Shown piece by piece: positions 7,585 to 17,010 of a stretch of 46,554 bases of DNA. The stretch is taken from positions 1 through 46,554 of the forward strand of contig JAJYLM010000001.1 of NCBI GenBank assembly GCA_021787655.1. The letters run 5' to 3'. How positions within the stretch are numbered: the first letter of the stretch is position 1; every line of letters begins with the position of its first letter. The position numbers were made by a program, and so were the translations under genes. The notes under the pieces are model-generated. The model was not told where the DNA came from, did no database searches, and saw only the letters and a program-made list of their open reading frames with translations. The stretch comes from a bacterium. GTDB taxonomy: Bacteria; JAMCPX01.

Positions 7585-10500
7585 CTAGAGGGTCCCTTTG
7601 ATGCTTGTATAGAGTGCTCTGGTCTTTTCCGACGGCTCGATACCGAGGGTGCCGGAGAGTGCGGACTGGCACTGTTTATACGTCGAGACAGCTTCGGCAG
7701 TGCGTCCAAGTGATTGATACAGCAGCATCAGCCGCTGGTAAAGAAGTTCTGCTTGATTTTCAATTTCCAACCCTTTCCTGTATATCCTGACTGCCTGCAC
7801 CGTATCTCCGCTCTGTTCATAGTACGATCCGAGTATGTCAATAAAATGCATAAACCGGTCATGGAGTCTATCCCGGAAACTTATTGCCCATGATGGCAGG
7901 AATACCTGCATGAAAAAATCTCCCTTATAGAGATTAAAGATTCGCTTTGCCAGCCCCCGAACCCTGTTGTCCCTGTCAGACAACGTCATTGTTGTATCTC
8001 TTCCTCTGAGAAGTTTCTCCATGCTATCGAACAAGGCCGCGAATGCCTGTACGTCTACCCAGCACAGCGCCGGATTCAGCATCAGCCTGCCTGCCTCCAC
8101 GATCACAGCATCGTTGGAACCGAGCAACTTTCTCAACCTGTGAATGGTTGTATCCAGCGTTTGATGTGCATAATCACCCTCAGCATCAGACCACAGCATT
8201 CCGCTGATATGATCGAGTTCGACTGCCCGCTCGTGATTGACGATGAGAAATTGCAGCAGTTCAATGGGTTTGAGCTGTAACTTCTTTGAAAACTCGGTAG
8301 GCACATCATCATGGAAAATCTTGAAATTCCCAAGCGTGTGTATCCGGAATGTCCATGGCCAGTTTTCGCAGGGATATGGTGGTGTGTCCGGAAAGAGTTC
8401 AAGCTTTTGTATCAAATGCTGCACATAGTTAACTTCAATATTGTTCTCCAATGCCTTGAGACATAAAGACGTCATCTTCTGTCCCCATGCAAAATACACA
8501 TTAACCATGCCATATTTCTTACCCAGCACCAAACATTTCTTCAGCATCTTAAGACCTTTGTTTTCTGTTTCTCTGTCATTCGTATGCTTTTCATCTAAAA
8601 GCCAGTAAGCCTGTATATAATACGATGTAAACTCCAACGACTTACTTTTCATACCTTTGGCAATTTTGAATCCGCAATTGTACTGTTTTTTAGCCTCCTT
8701 ATCATCTCCTTGATCATAGAGTATCTGTGCCAATGCAAGCCTGCATAAGCCCTGCGCAAAAGGAATATGTGCTTTTATAGATAAGGCAAGACTCCTCTCA
8801 ATCTTTTCAAGGGCAAGCGATGTATTCCCCTGCAGATAATCTAACCATCCGGACAATAAACTAAACTGACTTACCTGTAAGGCATTGGATTGATTTAACA
8901 CGGCCTCCATCTGTTGTAAGTATTTTTCAACACCCCTGAGGTCATTGATGGCGAACAAGAGATAAACAGCCTGTGAAATGATCATGTTGTCGAGAAAACG
9001 TACTCCGTACGTATGAGCCATCTCCATGCCTTCGGATACCACGCGCAGACACTCTTCTTTCGATACAATCTGCCGGGCGTAACCGGCATGGTACATCTTT
9101 TGCAGTAATTGGTTTTTTATAGATAAGGATTGCGGTATCGTTTGCATGAATTCAATCAATGTCTGATAGTGGGAAACGTCTCCTATCCACGCATAATAGT
9201 GTACTATGGAGAACGAATAATTTACAAACTGATCAGAATTCTTTATATGTTTTAACAGCCGTAAAGAACGATCCGCCCAGAATTTAAGTTTAGCATGATA
9301 CGGGTTATAATGTGTTAAGGCAAAAACCATCAGACTCATTGTGCGCTCTTCGAGATCCCTTGATGGAAACTCATGATGCACCTGTATTATTTTTATCATT
9401 TCCATTACCCATTTATCAATGAGCGCAAAATTGCCGTACTCATATATGAATGTTTCAATAATCCCGATCCATGACAGATAGACACCCGCGGATAAAAAGT
9501 ATTTTTTACGGTTTGTGCGAGAAAGATGAGGCGTATCATGTAAAAACTTCTTAAATGATCGTTCAAAGTATGTCCGTGCTTCAACCGGATTAAACACAGC
9601 TCTCGCCTCTCCACTCCAATATAATAGCCAGGGATCTTGATGTATCATTACTTCAGGCAGTGACATGATCCACAATTCGAGTATCTTATTTCTGCCTTGT
9701 GTTATCAAAGTATGCGCCTGTTCTTGAATTATCGCCCGGATGTCGTTTACGTTTTCGGATTTCTTTAACAGCTCTACCGCATCTTCAAACCGTCCATTCT
9801 CTTTGAGGATCAACCCTGACTGTTGATAAATATGCTGGAGCTCTGCCTCAGAATATTTCTCCCGTGCTCGGATTACGAGAAACTCTCTGAACAGATCGTG
9901 GTATGTGTAGGTATTATCCTGGCGCCTTACCGTAAAATATTGGTCCTTTACCAGTCCGTTTAAAATCCGTTCCGAGTTTGAATCACCGGTTATTCTCTTT
10001 GCCATCTCCACAGTCATGGAACGGAAAAAACATGTCTTGAGCAAAAAATCCTGTATATCAGGTCCGAGACGCTGAAATATCTCTGACGAAAAATAATCGA
10101 ATATGGCTTGATAGTCCTTCGATCCACTGTGTGCCTCTGTTTTTAATCCCTGGCTATCTTTTGTCAGCATCAGCATAATCCCTGCCGCCCAGCCGTCTGT
10201 CCACTGGTAGAGCCTCTCCATCAGCTGGCGATCCTGGACGTTTCCTGAACGCATGCGTATAAGTTCCCGTGTTTCCTCAGGAGTAAACTTGATCGAATCG
10301 CGATCAATAACTTCCATGAGACTGTTTGCCCTCAGGCGCGTATACACCGGATGAGGTTCTGAGCGGCTAATAAGAATAACAGTGCCCCGTTCAGGAACCC
10401 TCATTAATGCCTCACTCATTATCGTATGAAAGAGAGGACTTTGGTTAATCTCATGGTAATTATCGAACACAAGAACGAACCCTCTTGGCAGCATGGCATA

Positions 10501-10851
10501 TAGATTTTCAAAGTATCGCTGGGTAAAAACAGATATATTCGGAAGATATTCCGGAGTCAAAGCAGGCAGTTTTAAGTTCTTCGCCCCGTCGTTCCCTTTT
10601 ACCAGATATTTCAGATAATGGAAAAAGGTTGCCGGGTCAGAGTCGGCACTATCGATATGATACCATGCATGGGGGATCTTGTTTGACGCTATGTAGCTTG
10701 CTACCAGGGTTGTCTTGCCCGCGCCCGGCAGTCCGGTAATCCAGATACTCTTTTTTTTGCGAGCATGATCCAGCGTTCGAAATAACCGTTGTCTCAAAAC
10801 CACATTGTCCGTGTCAGGACGCTGTAATTTTGCCAAAACATTGTTCTGCAC
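7585..10851 (-). CDS. STAND (MalT-like) ATPase - helical-repeat sensor - C-terminal winged-helix + BTAD (SARP-type) transcriptional regulator, copy 1
   Basis: 1088 aa with a GTG start. Walker A is GLPGAGKTT (10708-10734). VLVFDNYHE and TDGWAAGI resemble the MalT NOD. The C-terminal 261 aa (7588-8370) carry the OmpR-type wHTH motif ...RIHTLGNF...LW...YA..LDTTIHRLRKLLG, followed by a BTAD-like region ...YYEQSGD...A..IYRKGLEIENQAELLYQRLMLLY. Confidence 0.8.
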   Translation of the reverse strand: MQNNVLAKLQRPDTDNVVLRQRLFRTLDHARKKKSIWITGLPGAGKTTLVASYIASNKIPHAWYHIDSADSDPATFFHYLKYLVKGNDGAKNLKLPALTPEYLPNISVFTQRYFENLYAMLPRGFVLVFDNYHEINQSPLFHTIMSEALMRVPERGTVILISRSEPHPVYTRLRANSLMEVIDRDSIKFTPEETRELIRMRSGNVQDRQLMERLYQWTDGWAAGIMLMLTKDSQGLKTEAHSGSKDYQAIFDYFSSEIFQRLGPDIQDFLLKTCFFRSMTVEMAKRITGDSNSERILNGLVKDQYFTVRRQDNTYTYHDLFREFLVIRAREKYSEAELQHIYQQSGLILKENGRFEDAVELLKKSENVNDIRAIIQEQAHTLITQGRNKILELWIMSLPEVMIHQDPWLLYWSGEARAVFNPVEARTYFERSFKKFLHDTPHLSRTNRKKYFLSAGVYLSWIGIIETFIYEYGNFALIDKWVMEMIKIIQVHHEFPSRDLEERTMSLMVFALTHYNPYHAKLKFWADRSLRLLKHIKNSDQFVNYSFSIVHYYAWIGDVSHYQTLIEFMQTIPQSLSIKNQLLQKMYHAGYARQIVSKEECLRVVSEGMEMAHTYGVRFLDNMIISQAVYLLFAINDLRGVEKYLQQMEAVLNQSNALQVSQFSLLSGWLDYLQGNTSLALEKIERSLALSIKAHIPFAQGLCRLALAQILYDQGDDKEAKKQYNCGFKIAKGMKSKSLEFTSYYIQAYWLLDEKHTNDRETENKGLKMLKKCLVLGKKYGMVNVYFAWGQKMTSLCLKALENNIEVNYVQHLIQKLELFPDTPPYPCENWPWTFRIHTLGNFKIFHDDVPTEFSKKLQLKPIELLQFLIVNHERAVELDHISGMLWSDAEGDYAHQTLDTTIHRLRKLLGSNDAVIVEAGRLMLNPALCWVDVQAFAALFDSMEKLLRGRDTTMTLSDRDNRVRGLAKRIFNLYKGDFFMQVFLPSWAISFRDRLHDRFMHFIDILGSYYEQSGDTVQAVRIYRKGLEIENQAELLYQRLMLLYQSLGRTAEAVSTYKQCQSALSGTLGIEPSEKTRALYTSIKGTL

Positions 10852-11009
10852 TGATTATCCCCCCGCTGTATTTTTTTACCTTTCGCAGCAAGTTTCGTCA
10901 ATACAATAATTGATCATTATTTGTGTTTATCGCATCTGTAAGCACACAACTGCTATACGGTACATCATAGACGATGCTTTTTATCAATACGGAGAGAAAA
11001 GGAGATTTT

Positions 11010-11264
11010 ATGAAACGGATTTTTGTGTTTTTCGTGCTCGCCGCTGCATTAGCAGGTTGCGGAACTGTCGTTCCCTATTACGGCATCAACATGCAGCAAA
11101 AGCTGCTGAACAACGGTGTCGGGACAACCTGCAATTTTGAGCCGTCGCAGGCGTTTGAGTCATCCAAGAGGATCATTTTGCTCAACGCAACCATAACTAC
11201 AACGACACTCTTACCTAATGGAGACAAATTCACGACAACTTGCATTTTGGTACCCCGTTATTAA
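11010..11264 (+). CDS. small lipoprotein, unknown function
   Basis: The internal ATG at 11010 is preceded by AAAGGAG. MKRIFVFFVLAAALAGCGT carries the lipobox LAGC. The mature peptide is about 65 aa with two further Cys residues. I recognise no family. Confidence 0.6.
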   Translation: MKRIFVFFVLAAALAGCGTVVPYYGINMQQKLLNNGVGTTCNFEPSQAFESSKRIILLNATITTTTLLPNGDKFTTTCILVPRY

Positions 11265-11267
11265 CCT

Positions 11268-14200
11268 TCAAACATAACGGCGTCGGTCTCCTGACGTTAT
11301 GGCACGGTGATAAATTTCTTTGGTTTTGCCGGAAGGTTCTACGCCGATCGTACGGGACAGAGCAGATGTACAGCGCCTGTAGACGGCAGCGGCCGCTGCG
11401 GTACGACCTTTTGATAAGTATATCACCATCAGGCGCTGGTAGAAAAGTTCTGCACTGTTATCTATGACCAGTCCCTTGTTGTAGGTGCCAAGAGCACGGT
11501 CCGCATCTCCTGTTTTCTCGTAATAGAGCCCCAGTATCTCAATAAAATGCAGAACATGGTCGTGCAGCTTTTGACGGAACCCCAGAGCCCATGAAGGAAG
11601 AGGTCCCTGCGCAAAAAAATCGCCCCGGTAGAGTGCAAAAACAAGACGTGAAATATCCTCAATTTCCTTCTTTTGTGAGGACGATGTCCGGATTCCCTGG
11701 TCCGCAAGAAGCATTGTACCGCGGTCCATCAAAAACTCGCCTGCAACGACATCTATCCAGCATTTCTTTAAATTAAGCATAAGCCTTCCGCCCTGCGTTA
11801 TCAGCGAATCAGGTGATCCAAGAAGCTGGCGCAGTCTGTGAATAGTAATATCCAAAACCTGATGCGCATAATCACCCTGGGTTTCCGGCCACAGAACCCC
11901 GCTGATATAATCAAAGTCGACAGCCCCGTCGTGATGGACAATGAGCAGGTGCAGTAATTCAGCAGGTTTACTGTTGGACTTCCTCGAAAGCACGACCGGC
12001 ACATTGTTCTTCAATAGAGTGAAATTACCGAGCGTATAAATTCGCACAACCCATGGCCATGATTCGCAGGCAAAAGGAGGGGTTTCCGGAAAGAGGTCCC
12101 GCCGTTTGATCAAGCCTGCGACATACTCCGGGGCAATCCCAGCGTCTAACGCCCTCACACACAATTCTGCCATTACCGAGGGGAGCCAGCCATGGAAATT
12201 GATATAGTTCCTCCTCCGTCCTATTGACATGGCGCTGCGCAGGTAGCGCTGGCCCGTGCGTTCTTTATCATGGTCAAATGCAATATGTGCCTTGATCAGG
12301 AGAATTTTAAACTCGAGCAAATCGCTCCTCTTGATTATTGTGTGAGCTTTTGCGAGATACTGCAGAGCTTGTTTATCCTGCTTCAGCCCATGTAAGACAT
12401 CTGCCATCTGGATATAACTGAGAACAATCCTTGGAACAGATCCCGACTCGAGAGAAAGCCTCGTGGCCGTTTCCTGGCTTATCAGTGCTGAAGAAAAATC
12501 TTTATTGAGCATGGCTTTCCACGCCAGGGCTATATAATACCATGATGCATCGAACGCACCTGCAGAGATAATATTTTTTGAAACATCTTTTAAAAGTTCT
12601 TCCGCTAAAAGATTATCTCCCGCCATAAGCGCAAGGAGGGCCGTGGTACCATAGAGCGTCCGGTCCAGTACGTGCACGCCGGTCATCCGGCTCAACTCCC
12701 GTGCTTCATGAAATACCTTCGCATACCGCTGAGTATCAACGACATAAAGGCAGTACAATACTTCCAGGTCTTTAAAGGTGATATTCACCAGGGGTGAAAC
12801 GTCCTGGGAGTGATCCAGATACCGGACCTGCTCAATTATTCTACCGGCCTTTTCCACCTCCCCGACGAACAGATAATACAGCGCAATGAATGTACTGATC
12901 TGTATTCTGACGTTAACGTCCTCTGTTTGTTCGAGCAGGGTAGTCAGACGTCTGAGCCATTTTTTTATCCCGGGATTAAACGTCTGGCGGAATACGAGGG
13001 CAACAAACATGTTGGTTGAAACTACCGTATCTATTTCCGGGGAGGGAAACACGGCTTTCGTGCCGGAGAACCGGTTCATATTGCGTATCCACCGATCATA
13101 GAGTCTATAGTCACCAAAACGGTATGTTATGGAGTAGATCACGCCAGTCCACGCAATGGCCATGCCTTTCTTATTTCCGCTTTTTCTGAACTGCTGGAAG
13201 GCATTCTCAAAAATTGGATAACTCTCCACGGGGTTAAACGGCAGTTTGCATCTGCCGAGCCAACAATACAACCATGGATTTTTTTTAACTCTTTGTTCTG
13301 GTAATCTGTTTAACCACGCCTCCAGCGTATGGTATCTACCCTGAGAAACGAGCACGGGGGCATACTGCAGTATGATTTCAATTGCTTTGTCCCACTGACC
13401 GGCTTTTAAAAACAACACGGCTGCATCTTCGCTGAGCCCTTCGTCGAGCAAAATCTCTGCAGCGCTGAGTTGATTGTGCTTCGCTGTTTCGGCTATCCAG
13501 ACATCGTTTGTTTTTGAACGGAGAAATTCCCGGAACAGATCGTGGTAGGTAAAGATATCGTTTGCACGCTTTATGGTAAAATAATCGGTATTCACAAGAC
13601 GTTCCAGAAAAGGTTTGACCATTTTATCACCGGTTATTTTTTCCGCCATTGCAGGGCTTATAACAGGGAAAAGACTTGTTTTCAGAAGAAACTCCTGCTC
13701 TTCGGGCTGCATCTTCTCAAATATTTCTGAGCTGAAATAATCAAATATCCCCTGAAAATCCCCACTGCTTTCCGGAAGCTCCATATCTCCGTGTGATTGT
13801 TGCTGCTGCAGCATCAGGACAATTCCCGCTGCCCACCCATTTGTAGAATTGTATACATGTTCGATTTTCTCGCGATCGTATCGATGTCCGCATCGGAGCT
13901 GTACCAGTTGTACGGTTTCCTCGGGTGTAAATCTGATGTGATCGTTTCCTATGAGTTGTATCAATCCATCCTTTATCAAATGCTGAATATTTTCCGGCGG
14001 GTGTGATCTGCTTATCACAATGACATTCCCCTGTTCTGGTACCGTCGTCAAGGCCTCATGCATGATACGGTGAAAAAGAGGATTGCTATCAACCTCATGA
14101 TAATTATCGAATACAAAGATAAACCCCTTGGGTAGCAAATTGAATAATTTTTCAAAATATCGGCGCGCGTATATCTCGATGTTTGCATAATACTCCGGAC

Positions 14201-14537
14201 TCAACAGTGGAAGCAGCGCTTTTTTTGCAGACGAAGCAGCCTTTCGACCGTTAACACGAGATGCCCCGCCCTGGTCAACCGCCGCCTCGAGGGTTCTCAT
14301 ATAATAAAAGAATGTTGCAGGATCCTTATCCGAGCTGTCGATCTGATACCATCGGCTGCGGGATTTTATTCTGCTTACATAGCTTGCAATGAGTGTTGTC
14401 TTTCCCGATCCCGGCAAGCCGGTGACCCAGAGTGCCCGCTTCTGTCTTGCCTCATCGAGCACGTGAAACAGCCTGCTCCTGAAAACAACGTTGTCGATCT
14501 CGGGTCTCTGTATCTTTGCGACAACTCCTGATCGCAC
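11268..14537 (-). CDS. STAND (MalT-like) ATPase - helical-repeat sensor - C-terminal winged-helix + BTAD (SARP-type) transcriptional regulator, copy 2
   Basis: 1089 aa. The GTG start is preceded by AGGAGG. It is collinear with copy 1 (GLPGSGKTT, IFVFDNYHE, TNGWAAGI). The C-terminal 266 aa (11271-12068) read RIYTLGNF...LW...YAHQVLDITIHRLRQLLG...LYYEKTGD...YNKGLVIDNSAELFYQRLMVIY. Confidence 0.8.
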   Translation of the reverse strand: MRSGVVAKIQRPEIDNVVFRSRLFHVLDEARQKRALWVTGLPGSGKTTLIASYVSRIKSRSRWYQIDSSDKDPATFFYYMRTLEAAVDQGGASRVNGRKAASSAKKALLPLLSPEYYANIEIYARRYFEKLFNLLPKGFIFVFDNYHEVDSNPLFHRIMHEALTTVPEQGNVIVISRSHPPENIQHLIKDGLIQLIGNDHIRFTPEETVQLVQLRCGHRYDREKIEHVYNSTNGWAAGIVLMLQQQQSHGDMELPESSGDFQGIFDYFSSEIFEKMQPEEQEFLLKTSLFPVISPAMAEKITGDKMVKPFLERLVNTDYFTIKRANDIFTYHDLFREFLRSKTNDVWIAETAKHNQLSAAEILLDEGLSEDAAVLFLKAGQWDKAIEIILQYAPVLVSQGRYHTLEAWLNRLPEQRVKKNPWLYCWLGRCKLPFNPVESYPIFENAFQQFRKSGNKKGMAIAWTGVIYSITYRFGDYRLYDRWIRNMNRFSGTKAVFPSPEIDTVVSTNMFVALVFRQTFNPGIKKWLRRLTTLLEQTEDVNVRIQISTFIALYYLFVGEVEKAGRIIEQVRYLDHSQDVSPLVNITFKDLEVLYCLYVVDTQRYAKVFHEARELSRMTGVHVLDRTLYGTTALLALMAGDNLLAEELLKDVSKNIISAGAFDASWYYIALAWKAMLNKDFSSALISQETATRLSLESGSVPRIVLSYIQMADVLHGLKQDKQALQYLAKAHTIIKRSDLLEFKILLIKAHIAFDHDKERTGQRYLRSAMSIGRRRNYINFHGWLPSVMAELCVRALDAGIAPEYVAGLIKRRDLFPETPPFACESWPWVVRIYTLGNFTLLKNNVPVVLSRKSNSKPAELLHLLIVHHDGAVDFDYISGVLWPETQGDYAHQVLDITIHRLRQLLGSPDSLITQGGRLMLNLKKCWIDVVAGEFLMDRGTMLLADQGIRTSSSQKKEIEDISRLVFALYRGDFFAQGPLPSWALGFRQKLHDHVLHFIEILGLYYEKTGDADRALGTYNKGLVIDNSAELFYQRLMVIYLSKGRTAAAAAVYRRCTSALSRTIGVEPSGKTKEIYHRAITSGDRRRYV

Positions 14538-14641
14538 AATTATTGTCCTCCTGTGTTTCAGATATCCGTGATTATTTTGTATGAAAAATACAGGTCAAAG
14601 TCAATTTTCTGCACTGCACTGTCTAACTCTGGCTGCGTGTT

Positions 14642-15532
14642 TTATCCGGCCGCCGGACTATTCAGGTCTTTTTTGTAAACGCGGCGAAAAATACTTACCC
14701 GCGGACGGCCGGAAAGATCGTTGATGGTTTTCACATAATACAGCGATGTTTGTTTCGCGGACATGCCCAGAGACTCCATAAATCTCTGATGCGTGTCATC
14801 ATGCTCTATGGCCAGTATTCCGTCATCGTTAAGGTAGTTACCCGCTTGCCGAACAATTCTTGTAATGACTTCTGTTCCATTCTTTCCTCCATCCAGCGCT
14901 TTTACCGGCTCGCACCTTACTTCTTTTTGTAAATGCGGCATCCGCGTGTTCGGGATGTAGGGGGGATTAGAAACGATAAGATCAAATTTTGCACCAACTG
15001 GCAGCGGTGAAAACAAGTCACCGTGATAAAATGAAGTTCGTGCGGCGAGGCCGAGCACTGCGGCATTCTCGCGGGCAAGGTTCACCGCTCTGAGCGAACG
15101 GTCGCTTAAACTTATTCGGGTATGCAGGTCAAGACGTGCTATGCTTAAGCCAATAACGCCGCTTCCACAGCAGAGATCAAGGATGGATGTGTTTTTGCGT
15201 GCCGCCGTATATTGCAGGCAAATTTCAGCAAGTAGTTCTGTTTCAGGCCGCGGGATCAGCACGCCGGGCCGTATTCTGAATTTGATCCCCATGAATTCTA
15301 CAGAACCGGTGAGGTATTGGAGAGGATAGTGCTCACCGCGCTTTTTGACGGCCCTTGTTATCTTCCGGAACGCGCCGGCAGGAACGACACTATCATTGTG
15401 GATGAGCAAATGCTCTCTCGGTATTCCTGTTACCCCTGCAATGATGCTATTGATTTCCGTCAACGTAATCCGGAGATGATTGCTCCGTACATATGACCTT
15501 ATCCAGGTATGAAGATCTCTCAGCAGCGGCAT
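14642..15532 (-). CDS. prmC: release-factor glutamine N5-methyltransferase
   Basis: 296 aa with the HemK/PrmC fold. It has the SAM motif ILDLCCGSG and the catalytic NPPY (VSNPPYIP). It lies 3 nt downstream of prfA. Confidence 0.9.
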   Translation of the reverse strand: MPLLRDLHTWIRSYVRSNHLRITLTEINSIIAGVTGIPREHLLIHNDSVVPAGAFRKITRAVKKRGEHYPLQYLTGSVEFMGIKFRIRPGVLIPRPETELLAEICLQYTAARKNTSILDLCCGSGVIGLSIARLDLHTRISLSDRSLRAVNLARENAAVLGLAARTSFYHGDLFSPLPVGAKFDLIVSNPPYIPNTRMPHLQKEVRCEPVKALDGGKNGTEVITRIVRQAGNYLNDDGILAIEHDDTHQRFMESLGMSAKQTSLYYVKTINDLSGRPRVSIFRRVYKKDLNSPAAG

Positions 15533-15535
15533 GCT

Positions 15536-16609
15536 TTATTGCGAGGAGATTACATGCGCGAGTTCGTTTGCCCTGTAGAACGCTACCAGTGCATCTATAA
15601 ATTCGTCGATATCTCCGGAAAGGATAGTGTTGAGCGAATACACAGTAAAGTTGATCCTATGGTCCGTGACCCTGTTTTGCGGGAAATTGTAGGTTCTGAT
15701 CTTTTCGCTGCGATCCCCCGTACCAACCTGGTTTCGTCTGTCCTGTGCACGTTCGGATATTTGTTTTTCCGTGTTCATGGTCAGTAATCGGGTTGTGAGA
15801 ATTTTCATTGCTTTAATTCTGTTCTGGTACTGGGAGCGTTCATCCTGGCAAACGACGACCATGCCTGTAGGAATATGCGTTATACGTATTGCTGTCTCGA
15901 GCTTATTGACATTCTGACCGCCATGTCCTCCGGCTCTGAATGTATCTATCTTCAGTTCATCCGGTCTGACATTCACTTCGACGTCATCCGCCTCGGGCAA
16001 TATTGCGACCGTCGCAGTCGATGTATGGATCCTCCCGCTCGCCTCTGTTTTTGGAACCCTTTGTACCCTGTGAACGCCGCTCTCAAATTTTAACCTGCTG
16101 TAGACCTTATCACCCTCGATCAGAACAACGACCTCTTTATATCCGCCGATGCCTGTCGTATTTTCACTCAAGATCTCGGCTCGCCACTTCCTCTTTTCTG
16201 CATACTTCAGATACATCCTCAGCAAATCACCGGCAAACAAGGCTGACTCTTCTCCGCCGGCACCGGCACGTATTTCGAGGAGCACGTTTTTCGAATCCAG
16301 CGGATCCTTGGGCAGGAGCAGTTCCTTGAGCTTGTTTTCTGAAGACTCCTTCTGCCTCTCCAACATCTGCAGTTCTTCTTTGGCAAGAAGTTTTATATCG
16401 TCGTCTCCGGCTGTGAGCAGTTGTTTTGCCGATTCTATATCATTCACGAAACCCTTGTACGCCTGATAGGTTAATGCAAGGGGTTCAATCTCGTTTTTTT
16501 CTTTGATATACCTGGTGTATGTCTTTGGATCATTAAAAACTTCAGGTTCTGTCAACAAAGAGTTGAGTTGATTGTAACGCTGTAATACTTTTTCAATATT
16601 TTCAAACAT
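15536..16609 (-). CDS. prfA: peptide chain release factor 1
   Basis: 357 aa with the GGQ motif (RAGGHGGQNVNK). The P-x-T type anticodon loop (VPKTEASGRIHTS) fits RF1 rather than the SPF of RF2. It sits in the conserved prfA-prmC pair. Confidence 0.95.
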   Translation of the reverse strand: MFENIEKVLQRYNQLNSLLTEPEVFNDPKTYTRYIKEKNEIEPLALTYQAYKGFVNDIESAKQLLTAGDDDIKLLAKEELQMLERQKESSENKLKELLLPKDPLDSKNVLLEIRAGAGGEESALFAGDLLRMYLKYAEKRKWRAEILSENTTGIGGYKEVVVLIEGDKVYSRLKFESGVHRVQRVPKTEASGRIHTSTATVAILPEADDVEVNVRPDELKIDTFRAGGHGGQNVNKLETAIRITHIPTGMVVVCQDERSQYQNRIKAMKILTTRLLTMNTEKQISERAQDRRNQVGTGDRSEKIRTYNFPQNRVTDHRINFTVYSLNTILSGDIDEFIDALVAFYRANELAHVISSQ

Positions 16610-16767
16610 CCTGCAGCTCTCGGTAAAAAATATTTACTGGTATCGGTACAGAAAAACACCTTCTCTTTGATAATGAAACACACACCTGATCGTGCATGCT
16701 TGAGCAGAGCATCAGCTGTTCCGGACGGCTTTTCCGCAGTCCCGCTGATTCTTCCTGAACGATACGG

Positions 16768-16995
16768 TTAGTTGGCTTTTGACGCTTTCTTGCTGGTCTT
16801 TTTGCTGTACTTTTTCTGAAATTTCTCAACCATACCTGCCGAGTCAACGAATTTCTGCTTACCGGTAAAGAACGGGTGGCAATTCGAACAAATTTCCACG
16901 GTATAGTCGCCTTTTGTCGATCTCGTTTCAATAATGCTGCCGCACGCACATTTTATCGTAGCTTTCACATAGTTAGGATGAATACCTTTTTTCAT
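16768..16995 (-). CDS. rpmE: 50S ribosomal protein L31 (zinc-binding type)
   Basis: 75 aa. MKKGIHPNY...CACG...[13 protein letters not shown] is the canonical L31 sequence with Cys pairs. Confidence 0.95.
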   Translation of the reverse strand: MKKGIHPNYVKATIKCACGSIIETRSTKGDYTVEICSNCHPFFTGKQKFVDSAGMVEKFQKKYSKKTSKKASKAN

Positions 16996-17010
16996 GTTTC
17001 CTCCGGTCTC

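Noticed and set aside
7585-14537. The two STAND ATPases as antiviral Avs/NLR-like defence proteins
   Set aside because: They have no N-terminal or C-terminal effector such as a nuclease, protease, SIR2 or TIR domain. The only output is a DNA-binding wHTH + BTAD module, and the NOD motifs are MalT-like. No other defence or mobile-element genes are adjacent. A transcription-factor role fits better, but a profile or structure search should confirm this.
15536-16609. Programmed +1 frameshift, as found in prfB
   Set aside because: The ORF is uninterrupted. It has the RF1-type P-x-T loop and the prmC neighbour, so it is prfA, which is not frameshift-regulated.
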